A DNA stretch of 64,000 nt from Candidatus Latescibacterota bacterium (GTDB lineage Bacteria; Latescibacterota; CBDEFO01), in assembly GCA_965248755.1 (NCBI GenBank), contig OZ252149.1:2464001-2528000 (forward strand), in the 5' to 3' direction. Positions within the stretch are counted from its first letter, which is position 1. Each line of letters begins with the position of its first letter. The notes below the pieces were generated by a model that was not told where the DNA came from, did no database searches, and was given only the letters and a program-made list of their open reading frames with translations. This document shows, one piece after another, positions 9,025 through 19,465 of this stretch. A program made the translations under genes and the position numbers.

Positions 9025-11427
9025 CTATCTCATCAAGATCAGCTTTCTCGTTTTCACGAATCCATCCGCCTCTATCCGATACAGATACACGCCGCTGGCA
9101 AGACTTCTTTGGTTGTTATCTTTGCCATCCCAGACTATAGAGTGTCTGCCTGCATCCATCTCCTTATCCATCAATATCGCTACCCTCTGTCCTATCATAT
9201 TATAGACAGATATGTCAACGTGGCTTCGGAGCAGAAGGTCGTAATGGATCACCGTCTCAGGATTAAACGGATTGGGATAGTTCTGATACAATGAATAGCT
9301 GTCAGGGATATCGGAGATCGCTTCAAATTGGGGAATAACAACACTGAAGAGCCCTTCGTTCAATTGAGCGGAGAGTAGAGCAATCTCACTGATAGCCTCA
9401 ATTTCCGAATCTACCGGCTCAAATATAATCTCTGCGATCCTACCGCTGCCATGAACCGATTCTACCCCGGCAAACGATAGCTTCAATCTGCCATTTTGAG
9501 CATTATGGGCGAAAAGATAATCAGAGGTCAAGTCAGATGTTCTGGCATCTACGGCTTTGAGTTTGGTCGGATCAAAAGACAGTTCAAGCTGACCTGACAA
9601 TACACCGTCCATTTCGTCTATGAGAACAGCGACAGTAAAGCGTCCATCAGGCAAAGCCTTTATGTTACCTAAACTGATAATCCTTTCGGCAAGTACGACC
9701 TTAGGAGTACCAGCAGGAAATACGCTTATTTTCCCAATAACAAACCTGAGTATCAACGACGCATCAAAGGCACTTATAGTGCTATCTCCACTGACATCCG
9801 CTGCAACAGTGTCAGAGATTGCAAAGAGACCAACTGCGGATTTAAGAACCAAAGCAGCATCAAATGCCGTTACCTCTCCATTGCGGCTGACATCTCCTAC
9901 TAACCCAGTAACTCGCACAGACCCATCCGCTGTAATTGCCGCTGGATCGCCTTCGTTGAAGAAGAATCTCTCAAAGACCAATGCTGTAGAATCACCGATG
10001 ACTGCCGAATCGGAGACTACAAACTTGATAAAGACAAGATTTCCAGACCCTGATAATGTGTCAGGTCCCGGAGCTACCATTACAATCTTGACTGTGTCTG
10101 TAGATGTTCCAATGCCTGTTGTGACTGTGTCATCTTTCACCCAACCTACGGTCAGTGTGTCTCCTAACTCTATCGCTACTACCTTTATTACATTTGAATC
10201 GTAACTGATATTCATCTGGGCTGAGATAATTCCAAGCCCTGTCACGTCCTCTTCGATAACAACAGGGACTGAAAGCGTATCACCGATAATAGTAGAGATA
10301 GATGTGTCCGGAAGACTGACTGGAACAGGTCCCTCCACCTTACGTATCCGGTGATTGTTTGTATCCCCGATATAGATATTGCCCGATACATCCACGAATA
10401 CGCCATGAGGACCATTCAAACTTGCATTGGTAGCTTGACCTCCATCACCGGAAGATCCAGCAGCGCCATTTCCCGCCACGGTAGAGATGTTGCCAGCTGC
10501 ATCCACTTTACGTATCCGGTGATTGACAAATTCCGCAGTATAGATATTGCCCAGTCCATCAACGAATACGCCAAGAGGATTATTCAAGCTCGCACTGGTA
10601 GCTGGACCTCCATCACCGGAAAATCCAGCAGTGCCATTTCCTGCAACGGTGGAGATGATGCCCGACGTATCCACCTTACGTATCCGGTGATTGTTCTGAT
10701 CCGCAATATAGATATTGCCCGATCCATCCACGAATACGCCAAAAGGCACATTCAAGCTCGCACTGGTAGCTGGACCTCCATCACCGGAAAATGCAAAAGT
10801 GCCATTTCCTGCCACGGTATTGATGATGCCCGACGTATCCACCTTACGTATCCGGTGATTGTTTGTATCCCCGATATAGATATTGCCCGATACATCCACG
10901 AATACGCCACGAGGATTATTTAAACTCGCACTGGTAGCTGGACCTCCATCACCGGAAAATCCCTGGGTGCCATTTCCTGCCACGGTGGAGATGATGCCTG
11001 AAGTATCCACCTTGCGTATCCGGTGATTGGTCTCATCCGCAATATAGATATTGCCCAATCCATCCACGAATACGTCACGAGGACCATTCAAACTTGCACT
11101 GGTAGCTGGACCTCCATCACCGGCAAATCCAGCAGTGCCATTTCCCGCCACGGTGGAGATGATGCCCGAGGTATCCACTTTACGTATCCGGTGATTTCCA
11201 AATTCCGCAGTATAGACATTCCCGAATCCATCCACGAACGTGCCCATAGGCTTATTCAAGCTCGCACTGGTAGCTGCACTTCCATCACCGGAAAATCCCT
11301 GGGTGCCATTTCCTGCCACGGTGGAGATGTCTCCCGGTGCAGCAGCAACGGAAGGGACAAAACCAAACATCCAAAAGCCCAAAACCAAAATACTAATCAT
11401 GCTCTCTCTAAAGTAATTCTTTCTCAT
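9025..11427 (-). CDS. Secreted NHL-repeat (6x) + cohesin/dockerin + sorting-domain protein
   Basis: Six 56-aa ISTVAGNG...NHRIRKVD repeats; same C-terminal module as neighbours; start set at ATG 11427 after GGGGGTG. Confidence 0.85.
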   Translation of the reverse strand: MRKNYFRESMISILVLGFWMFGFVPSVAAAPGDISTVAGNGTQGFSGDGSAATSASLNKPMGTFVDGFGNVYTAEFGNHRIRKVDTSGIISTVAGNGTAGFAGDGGPATSASLNGPRDVFVDGLGNIYIADETNHRIRKVDTSGIISTVAGNGTQGFSGDGGPATSASLNNPRGVFVDVSGNIYIGDTNNHRIRKVDTSGIINTVAGNGTFAFSGDGGPATSASLNVPFGVFVDGSGNIYIADQNNHRIRKVDTSGIISTVAGNGTAGFSGDGGPATSASLNNPLGVFVDGLGNIYTAEFVNHRIRKVDAAGNISTVAGNGAAGSSGDGGQATNASLNGPHGVFVDVSGNIYIGDTNNHRIRKVEGPVPVSLPDTSISTIIGDTLSVPVVIEEDVTGLGIISAQMNISYDSNVIKVVAIELGDTLTVGWVKDDTVTTGIGTSTDTVKIVMVAPGPDTLSGSGNLVFIKFVVSDSAVIGDSTALVFERFFFNEGDPAAITADGSVRVTGLVGDVSRNGEVTAFDAALVLKSAVGLFAISDTVAADVSGDSTISAFDASLILRFVIGKISVFPAGTPKVVLAERIISLGNIKALPDGRFTVAVLIDEMDGVLSGQLELSFDPTKLKAVDARTSDLTSDYLFAHNAQNGRLKLSFAGVESVHGSGRIAEIIFEPVDSEIEAISEIALLSAQLNEGLFSVVIPQFEAISDIPDSYSLYQNYPNPFNPETVIHYDLLLRSHVDISVYNMIGQRVAILMDKEMDAGRHSIVWDGKDNNQRSLASGVYLYRIEADGFVKTRKLILMR

Positions 11428-11586
11428 AGTGTACACCCCCATAGTTTTCGGCTGACGGCATAGTCCGTCGGGTTTGACAGGATATTGACTGTACTAAAGC
11501 CTGAGCGAATTTGCGTCACTTTCCTTTGCGTAGGCTGAAGATGGCAAATATACGTTTGAATGTAACCCCCTAGCAATGAAAGGAAC

Positions 11587-14259
11587 TTATCTCATCAAGA
11601 TCAGCTTCCTCGTTTTCACGAATCCATCAGCGTCTATCCGATACAGATACACGCCGCTGGCAAGACTTCTTTGGTTGTTATCTTTGCCATCCCAGACTAT
11701 AGAGTGTCTGCCTGCATCCATCTCCTTATCCACCAATATCGCTACCCTCTGTCCTATCATATTATAGACAGATATGTCAACGTGACTTCGGAGGGGAAGG
11801 TCGTAATGGATCACAGTCTCAGGATTGAACGGATTGGGATAGTTCTGATACAATGAATAGCTGTCAGGAACATCGGAAACGTCTTCAGATTGGAGAATAA
11901 CTACACTAAAAAGACCTTCGTTCAATTGAGCAAAGATTAGATCAATCCCTCTAATAGCCTCAATTTCCAAATCGACAGGCTCAAATATAATCTCTGCGAT
12001 CCTACCGCTGCCTTGAACCGATTCTACGCCGGCAAACGATAGCCTTAATCTTCCATCTTGCGCGTTATGGGCGAAAAGATAATCGGAAGTCAAGTCTGAT
12101 GTCATAGCATCTACGGCTTTGAGTTTGGCCGGATCAAAAGACAGTTCAAGCTGACCTGACAATACACCGTCCATTTCGTCTATGAGAACAGCGACAGTAA
12201 AGCGTCCATCAGGCAAAGCCTTTATGTTACCTAAACTGATAATCCTTTCGGCAAGTACGACCTTAGGAGTACCAGCAGGGAATACGGTTATTTTCCCGAT
12301 AATAAACCTGAGCGTCAAAGAGGCATCAAAGGCACTTATGGTGCTATCTCCACTTACGTCCGCTGTTATAGTGTCAGAAATTACATAGAGACCGACTGTG
12401 GATTTAAGTATCAAAGCGGCATCAAATGCTGTTACCTCTCCGTTGCGGCTGACATCTCCTACTAACCCAGTAACTCGCACAGACCCGTTCTGTGTAATTG
12501 CCGCTGGATCGCCTTCGTTGAAGAAGAATCTCTCAAAGACCAATGCTGTAGAATCACGCAAGACTGCCGAACCAGAGACTATAAACTTGATAAGGACAAG
12601 ATTTCCAGATCCTGATAATGTGTCGGGTCCTGGAGCCGCCATTACAATCTTGACTGTGTCTATAGATGTTCCAATGCCTGTTGCGACTGTGTCATCTGTC
12701 ACCCAACCTTCGGCCAGTGTCCCTCCCAACGCTACCTCTATTGCCTTTATTACATTTGAATTGTAACTGATATTCATCTGGGCTGAGATGATTCCACTCC
12801 CTGTCACGTTCGCTTCGATCACAACAGGGACTGAAAGCGTATCACCGATAATAGTAGAGATAGATGTGTCCGGAAGACTGACCGGAATCGGAGTAAAGGT
12901 AAAACCGCTAAAGAGCGTGTCTGCCTGACCGTCGGAATTTGTGACTATCACGTCCACAGAGCCACCAGGATGAGGGGGTGTGTTGGCAGTAATGATGCTA
13001 TCCGACGATACGACCACATTTGTAGCTGCACTATCACCGAAAGTAACAGTCGCTCCACTTCTGAAATCGCGCCCCGTTATCGTCACAGACGTACCGCCCG
13101 ATTGTGTGCCGGAAGTGGGACTAATAGATGTTACAGCAGGTGCTGGGAATCCCTCTACCTTACGTATCCGGTGATTGAACGAATCCGCAATATAGATATT
13201 GCCCAATCCATCCACAAATACGCCCTGAGGAGCATTCAAACTTGCACTGGTAGCTGGACCACCATCACCGGAAAATGCTGCAGTGCCATTTCCTGCTACG
13301 GTATTGATGATGCCCGACGTATCTACCTTACGTATCCGGTGATTGCCCTTATCCGTAATATGGATATTGCCCAATCCATCCACGAATAAGCGAATAGGCT
13401 GATTCAAACTGGCACTGGTAGCTTGACCACCATCACCGGAAAATGCTGCAGTGCCATTTCCTACTACGGTATTGATGATGCCCGACGTATCCACCTTACG
13501 TATCCGGTGATTGTTAAAATCCGCGATATACATGTTGCCCAATCCATCCACGAATACATCAGTAGGACTAAACAAGCTCGCACTGGTAGCTTGACCAGCA
13601 TCACCGGAAAATGCAAAAGTTCCATTTCCTGCCACGGTATTGATGATGCCTGACGTATCCACTTTACGTATCCGTTGATTTTCATTATCCGCTATATAGA
13701 TATTGCCCGATCCATCCACGAATAAGCCAGAAGGAGAATCCAAACTGGCACTGGTGGCTGGACCGCCATCGCCCCCAAAAGAACCGTTGACACCACCAGC
13801 CCCATTTCCTGCCACGGTGGAGATGATGCCCGACGTATCCACCTTACGTATCCGGTGATTGCCCGTATCAGAAATATAGATAACCCCCAATCCATCCACG
13901 AATACGTCATAAGGGAATCTCAAGCTCGCACTGGTAGCTGGACCACCATCACCGGAAAATGCTTCAGTACCATTTCCTGCCACGGTGGAGATGATGCCCG
14001 ACGTATCCACCTTACGTATCCGGTGATTAGAATGTTCCGCAATATAGATATTGCCCGCACCATCCACGAATACGCCCAAAGGACTATTCATACTTGCACT
14101 CGTAGCTGGACCACCATCACCGGAAAATCCAGCAGTGCCATTTCCTGCTACGGTGGAGATGTCTCCCGGTGCAGCAGCAACGGAAGGGACAAATCCAAAC
14201 ATCCAAAAGCCCAGAACGAACACGCTAATCAGAATCTCGTTGAAGTGATTCTTTTTCAT
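11587..14259 (-). CDS. Secreted NHL-repeat (6x) + IPT/TIG + cohesin/dockerin + sorting-domain protein
   Basis: Six NHL repeats; PAVTSISPTSG...GGTSVTITG IPT/TIG domain; QNYPNPFNP...TRKLILMR. Confidence 0.85.
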   Translation of the reverse strand: MKKNHFNEILISVFVLGFWMFGFVPSVAAAPGDISTVAGNGTAGFSGDGGPATSASMNSPLGVFVDGAGNIYIAEHSNHRIRKVDTSGIISTVAGNGTEAFSGDGGPATSASLRFPYDVFVDGLGVIYISDTGNHRIRKVDTSGIISTVAGNGAGGVNGSFGGDGGPATSASLDSPSGLFVDGSGNIYIADNENQRIRKVDTSGIINTVAGNGTFAFSGDAGQATSASLFSPTDVFVDGLGNMYIADFNNHRIRKVDTSGIINTVVGNGTAAFSGDGGQATSASLNQPIRLFVDGLGNIHITDKGNHRIRKVDTSGIINTVAGNGTAAFSGDGGPATSASLNAPQGVFVDGLGNIYIADSFNHRIRKVEGFPAPAVTSISPTSGTQSGGTSVTITGRDFRSGATVTFGDSAATNVVVSSDSIITANTPPHPGGSVDVIVTNSDGQADTLFSGFTFTPIPVSLPDTSISTIIGDTLSVPVVIEANVTGSGIISAQMNISYNSNVIKAIEVALGGTLAEGWVTDDTVATGIGTSIDTVKIVMAAPGPDTLSGSGNLVLIKFIVSGSAVLRDSTALVFERFFFNEGDPAAITQNGSVRVTGLVGDVSRNGEVTAFDAALILKSTVGLYVISDTITADVSGDSTISAFDASLTLRFIIGKITVFPAGTPKVVLAERIISLGNIKALPDGRFTVAVLIDEMDGVLSGQLELSFDPAKLKAVDAMTSDLTSDYLFAHNAQDGRLRLSFAGVESVQGSGRIAEIIFEPVDLEIEAIRGIDLIFAQLNEGLFSVVILQSEDVSDVPDSYSLYQNYPNPFNPETVIHYDLPLRSHVDISVYNMIGQRVAILVDKEMDAGRHSIVWDGKDNNQRSLASGVYLYRIDADGFVKTRKLILMR

Positions 14260-14827
14260 GGAGTACACCCCCACAATTTCCTTATGAATTAAAATCGATA
14301 TCTCTCAACAGCATAGCCCTAACGCATCAGTGGTTAGATATCTTATATCGGCAACAATTTAGTAACTATCCGATAAGACCTTTCGATGCAATAAGCGTGT
14401 TGGGGAAATAACCCGAGCTGATAAATAATCTTTTCAAAACGAGCATGGACTTTGTACAGATCAAATCCGATCCATTGCCTTACCACCAATCTGCTTTTTG
14501 CTCGGATCAGGATATGGAAACACCGCAAAAGATATTACCATAAATATATGCAAATTCTAAATCTTTGTCAAATTGTTTGCGATTATATCTTTATATTTTA
14601 CAATTCTTTATTATTTGTCCACTATTCTACCAATACTACAAAAGGATATGTAAAGTTTGCTAGGAAGGCGCCAAAGCTTTAATTATACCTATCGCTAATT
14701 ACCAAAACGAAAGCGATCGGTTTCTGACAGTCTCTGTTTTAATACTGGCTAAGCTTTTGTGCAAAAGATTTTTGGAAGACGAACGGAAAGAGAAGGTTGC
14801 TGAGTGTTCCCGTGTGAGTAGAAAGCG

Positions 14828-14957
14828 TCAAGCAGGGATTTGTACTGGGATAACCTCAGGAAGAAGAGTGATTCTGGTATGACCTTTTGCTACTCGTTTA
14901 ATTTCCAGCCTTGACTTATCCCACAAAAGTACGCTTTGGGACATCGATCCGGGGTGC
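14828..14957 (-). repeat. Copy 3 of 130-bp tail, here fused in frame as the recombinase C-terminus
   Basis: Encodes HPGSMSQSVLLWDKSRLEIKRVAKGHTRITLLPEVIPVQIPA*. Confidence 0.9.
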
Positions 14958-16519
14958 CAGATACACGAATCCCGACTAACCTTTTCCCCCAAAGTTGGTA
15001 ACTTGGGAAACATTGTCGAGTTTCCAAATAGAGCTAAGCGAATTTCCTGAGGTGTCCAGACAATCAGGTTGATCTGAAGCATTATCAACTCTTTCTTCTC
15101 CTCAGGTGTTGCTTCGGTAAAAAGCTCGGAGAAGGTCGTGAGCCTACCTTTCAAGGTATTGGCATTTACGACCTTTCTCTTTGCCTCTATCATCTCCATC
15201 TCCAGCTTCTGTATCTCTTCACCCAACTGTTCTTTTCGTTCCTCCAACTCAACAATCTTCTGACTCACTGATTTGATCTGCACCTTCCCATCGGCTAGGC
15301 TTTCAACTAAGGTGTTGATTCTCTGCTCTATGCTGCCCCGGTGTTCGGACAGCCGATCCTTTGCCTCTGTCAATTCCTGTAGAAAACCCGAAGATTGGGC
15401 GGTAGCATTTTGGACCATCTCCGATACAAGGTTGGGGTCTTCCTTCAGCTGTACCAACCGTTTTACAATCACATCTTCTAATGCTGCTGCGGGAACAGAG
15501 CTCATCCGGAACTCTTTATTTCCAAGATGCTGCGTTTTCGTACAGGTATAATAGAAGTAAGGTTTCCTCTCGTGGTTGTAAACAAAGTAGGGTGTCATAA
15601 AGGCATTGCACTCCCCACATCGGACAAGCCCCTGCAGAATAAAGAGGTGTTTGGTATGTTTCCTTCCCCTGGACTGCTTCACCTGATTGGACTGAATGAT
15701 CCTCTGCACCTTTTCAAACAATTCCTCTGGCACGATGGGCTTATGCTTCCCGTCGTAGCAATTGCCTTTGTGAACCACTTTGCCGATGTAATAGGGGTTT
15801 TGAAGAACCCTGCTGACGTGAGTGTCTATAAACTTCGTCCCGCCGTGTACCTGCCCTCGGCGTGATGTATAGGATTTGGTCCGGTAGCCCTTGGCATTGA
15901 TGATATTGGCAACCCTCATAAAGGATTTCTCTTTCACATAGGTTTCAAAGATCAACATCACGAGTTTCTTTTCTTCCTCATTCACTTTAAGGATTCCCGG
16001 ATTGTCAGGATCAATGTCATAACCGAGAATCTGTCCACCACTACTCAGTCCCTGTTCTGCTCTCCACTGCATCTTCTCCCTGGTGCGGCTTGCTGTCTGC
16101 TCCCGTTCAAGTTCCGCAGCAGCAAGAGTAATTTTCAGGGCAAAGCGACCTATAGGTGTGGAGGTGTCCCAATTCTCATTAAGTGAGATAAACGTAACTT
16201 CGTATTCTTCCAGTAGCTCGTGGAAATGGTAGAAGTCCATTAACGAACGACTAATCCGATCTATTTTGGTGCAGAGAATAGCGTTGACCTTTCCATTCTT
16301 AATATCTTGGATCATATGTTGGTATTCAGGTCTGTCTGTGTTCTTGCCTGACTTTCCTTCCTCACGATACGTGGCAACAGTTCTCCAATCTTCTCCTGTC
16401 GAGCTGTTCTTGATCTCCACATACTTTTTCAGGATGTCAAGCTGTGTGTCTAGAGAACCATCTTTTTTATGTGCTTGAAGCTCAGTCGAGACCCTAACAT
16501 AGAGTCCACACTTCTTCAT
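14828..16519 (-). CDS. Large serine recombinase (resolvase + recombinase + zinc-ribbon/coiled-coil)
   Basis: YVRVST catalytic Ser; SGK..DRP; DRISR; NPYYIG; LVRCGEC...YYTC; RBS AAGGAG. Confidence 0.95.
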   Translation of the reverse strand: MKKCGLYVRVSTELQAHKKDGSLDTQLDILKKYVEIKNSSTGEDWRTVATYREEGKSGKNTDRPEYQHMIQDIKNGKVNAILCTKIDRISRSLMDFYHFHELLEEYEVTFISLNENWDTSTPIGRFALKITLAAAELEREQTASRTREKMQWRAEQGLSSGGQILGYDIDPDNPGILKVNEEEKKLVMLIFETYVKEKSFMRVANIINAKGYRTKSYTSRRGQVHGGTKFIDTHVSRVLQNPYYIGKVVHKGNCYDGKHKPIVPEELFEKVQRIIQSNQVKQSRGRKHTKHLFILQGLVRCGECNAFMTPYFVYNHERKPYFYYTCTKTQHLGNKEFRMSSVPAAALEDVIVKRLVQLKEDPNLVSEMVQNATAQSSGFLQELTEAKDRLSEHRGSIEQRINTLVESLADGKVQIKSVSQKIVELEERKEQLGEEIQKLEMEMIEAKRKVVNANTLKGRLTTFSELFTEATPEEKKELIMLQINLIVWTPQEIRLALFGNSTMFPKLPTLGEKVSRDSCIWHPGSMSQSVLLWDKSRLEIKRVAKGHTRITLLPEVIPVQIPA

Positions 16520-16645
16520 TGCTCACTCCTTATCGTCAAGTCTGTTCTAGAAAGTATTTTACTATTAGAAAAGTGAGAATAACAATTTGTTTTATCAATA
16601 GGTTAAATATAATTCAAGCCAACGCTCAAGTCAAGCAAAATCAGG

Positions 16646-16681
16646 GTACAAACTAACATACTGAAGTATGTTAGTTTGTAC
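16646..16681. repeat. Perfect 17-bp inverted repeat with 2-bp spacer upstream of the recombinase
   Basis: GTACAAACTAACATACT-GA-AGTATGTTAGTTTGTAC. Confidence 0.9.
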
Positions 16682-16719
16682 TTTTATCAACTATCCTTAA
16701 GTATATCTCTTGATATAAA

Positions 16720-18115
16720 GGTCAAGTCCTATTTTTAGTTGAAATTAGTCGGGCTCCGATCGTAACGTCATGCTGATAACGCTTCTTTAGAGAGATTCAA
16801 TTCTTTCTGAATAGCTTGTCTCATCAGGGGCAAATAGCTCGTCCCCTTCACTTTTCGCAATCGAGGTTCAATATCCAGAAGAGCACTGGCCAGCCATCGG
16901 CATCGCTGATGTGAATTTTTCCATACTTTAACGTTTCTTGTCAGTTGAGCAACCTGACTGTTTATGGATTCGAGGCAGTTGGTCGTTCTGAAACTGGTCT
17001 TCAAGTAAGGAAACAGACCTAACCGGTGAAGAGTTAAGGTCTCCTCGAAACCCTCTTCCAGACTCTTCAAAGCCGACCGGTTCGTCAAGACTAATTCGGG
17101 TTTGAGAGCATTCAATGCTCTTTTAGCTCCTTCGTAGGTCTCCTGATTATAAGCACCCTGAAGCTTTCGCCGCATATTGGCCTGCTGGTTCTTGGGAAGA
17201 TAGGAGACCACATTTTCTCGTTTATGCCACTGACATCTTTGAACACAGACATAGCCTTTCAGTGGTTTGACGATGGCGTTATATAGCCCTTTGGATCCAT
17301 CTACTATGACTAAAAGACCGACTTCATAGCGCAATCCACGGTCAATGAGACTTCGGATAAACTGTCGGCAGACCCGTTCGTTCTCTGTGGCTGCCTGAAT
17401 AAACCCAAGGGCAACCTTTTCACCGTCGATTGTAATACCTAGAGCAATGAGCATCTCCTGATCGGCAAAGGTCTTCCCGTCGATAAATAGAGCCACCAAA
17501 TCATACTGCTGTAGGGACCGCTCCTGGAACTCTTTAAGCTTACGAGCCGAAGCCTTGATAAAACGCCGTGATACACTCGAGGAAGATAGACCAAAGGCAC
17601 CGGGGATCGCCTCGGCACAAGCTTCATACTCTCGAGAGGAGATACCTTTCAGAACACGAAGCAGCAAACCCTCATCTATCTTTCGAGGCACTTGCAGAGC
17701 TTGATAAGACTCCAAAGACACTTCGGCGTTGGCATCTACATTGCGCACCCGAGGCACCGAAACAGGAAGCTTCTGATCTGCCAGATAGACCGATCCGTTT
17801 TGTCTACCCCAACGACGATGAGGAACCTCAACCCCTTTACGACTATATCGTGTTCCCACTAAACCGACAACCTCCTGTTGCAATAAATCGCTTACGGCTT
17901 CCAGTCCCAAGGGAATTAACTCCTGAATCAAAGCAACGCGAACATCTACAGCCTGAAACTCTTTTTCAACAGACTTGACTTTCGAGGAGTTAGAACTTAT
18001 TTTTCTCATCACGGGCTCCTTGAGTTAAAGATATGAAGTTTTCATGCAAACTTCTATTCCATATCTAATTTAACCTTGGAGCCTTCTCTATTTTAACTAA
18101 TTTAGGGACATCCCC
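16720..18115 (-). mobile_element. IS256-family insertion sequence
   Basis: Imperfect terminal IRs GGTCAAGTCCTATTTTTAGTTGAAA / GGGGATGTCCCTAAATTAGTTAAAA around a transposase; no TSD seen. Confidence 0.8.
16768..18012 (-). CDS. IS256-family (Mutator-like) transposase
   Basis: LFIDGK, IVDGSKGL, QRCQWHK, RTTNCLES motifs. Confidence 0.92.
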   Translation of the reverse strand: MMRKISSNSSKVKSVEKEFQAVDVRVALIQELIPLGLEAVSDLLQQEVVGLVGTRYSRKGVEVPHRRWGRQNGSVYLADQKLPVSVPRVRNVDANAEVSLESYQALQVPRKIDEGLLLRVLKGISSREYEACAEAIPGAFGLSSSSVSRRFIKASARKLKEFQERSLQQYDLVALFIDGKTFADQEMLIALGITIDGEKVALGFIQAATENERVCRQFIRSLIDRGLRYEVGLLVIVDGSKGLYNAIVKPLKGYVCVQRCQWHKRENVVSYLPKNQQANMRRKLQGAYNQETYEGAKRALNALKPELVLTNRSALKSLEEGFEETLTLHRLGLFPYLKTSFRTTNCLESINSQVAQLTRNVKVWKNSHQRCRWLASALLDIEPRLRKVKGTSYLPLMRQAIQKELNLSKEALSA

Positions 18116-18172
18116 TCTCTACTTCCTTTTCCAATAAGGGTCTTAATCTGTCAAATGTTTCTTCTACCATCT

Positions 18173-18586
18173 TTAAGGGTATAAAGCTTTTAAAAGTCTG
18201 AGGGTTCTAAACAGCTCCTTTACCTCTCCTATTAAATCTCTCTCAACCTGAACAATGTCTTTCCAGCGCTCTATGGGTTGGGCAGCTACTTCCCTTTCCA
18301 AAGAGGATACTGTAATTTCAAGATTATCCCTATGGCTTGTATCTATAAGGCTGTATCTGAAATTGAATCTATTTAGGAGTATAGTTCTACAACTACAGAT
18401 AATTTCATTCAGGTCCTTAATCCTTTGCCATTTCAGTCTTTCTCTTTCCCTTATCCTATTCTGAAGGCTATCTACGATTGCTGTTTGTAGATTGACTTTT
18501 GATAGGATAAAGGTGCTTACTAAATCCTGTGGTTTCTCCTGGGGAATGTAAGGATCTTGGAAGAGGTCATCTATAGCGTAAGGCAT
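18173..18586 (-). CDS. Hypothetical helical protein
   Basis: 137-aa ORF in AT-rich DNA, coiled-coil-like composition. Confidence 0.55.
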   Translation of the reverse strand: MPYAIDDLFQDPYIPQEKPQDLVSTFILSKVNLQTAIVDSLQNRIRERERLKWQRIKDLNEIICSCRTILLNRFNFRYSLIDTSHRDNLEITVSSLEREVAAQPIERWKDIVQVERDLIGEVKELFRTLRLLKALYP

Positions 18587-19073
18587 AAAGAATAAAAAGG
18601 AAGGGAGTTATTAACCATTTGGGGGGGGTATGGAGTAAGTTCTTATTTAGCTTGACTTCTCAATGTTTTCGACATATTTTATTCGATATACACGATACTT
18701 CCTTTTGGGCGTCGGACGTGGTCAGGATTGTCATTCTTTCAAGCGGCAAAAACTCCCGAAGTACCCGGACATCCTTTTGAGTGGATGGTTGATGCGTCAC
18801 TCAGCTTCATTCAGATAAGGATGGAAGAAGCTCTTGCATACCGTTCCCTTTGACAAAGCGACAAGTATTTTACAAATTGGAGTTTGTGGAGAAAGCAATT
18901 TCATCTGCTACCCCAAGTTGCTTAATTGGTGTCGCTTTCCTGGGGGGCACTACACTAAAGATGTATCGTAAGGCTTTTAGAGATCAACCCAAATTACAGC
19001 AAAGCCAAAGCGCGAATAGAAGAGATCGAAAGCAAGTTGGAATGACCTCTCCCGAAAGGAGTATCAATAGCGT

Positions 19074-19465
19074 ATGTACCTGCCGGTGAACCTGGGGTGG
19101 TGGGCCGTTAAGACCTGGTCCGGGGCTCAGGGCGAGCCGACATTCCCGGATGACATCGAGTATCTGTGCTGCAAGTGTCTCGGGACTGACGCCAGCTTAT
19201 CTTTGATGGGCATAGATCCCGACAATGCCCATGAGATTCCGGCGTTATCCAGGCTGGCCAACATCATAAAAGATTATGAAACCCTGCGCCTCTCGAACTA
19301 TTTTCCAGAATCGGTTAAGGCCAAGCTGAGGGCACCGGGCGAGGAGTTTACGCTGATGCGGAGTCCACGCGGAAAATACCAGTTCCAGCGCGTTCAGTAC
19401 GCCAAGCACAAAGTGGAGTGTATGGACATGTGGAGCAACGCCTGGAAGACCTATAATAGATTCGA
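19074..19465 (+). pseudogene. Internal fragment of a larger hypothetical gene, cut by IS1380
   Basis: Protein-like GC-richer ORF (LGWW...PDDIEYLC) ending at the IS1380 end. Confidence 0.5.

Noticed and set aside
11490..11550. c-di-GMP-I riboswitch (GAAA..GACGCAAA on minus strand)
   Set aside because: Expected stem around GAAA is absent and the duplicate at ~8960 loses the motif
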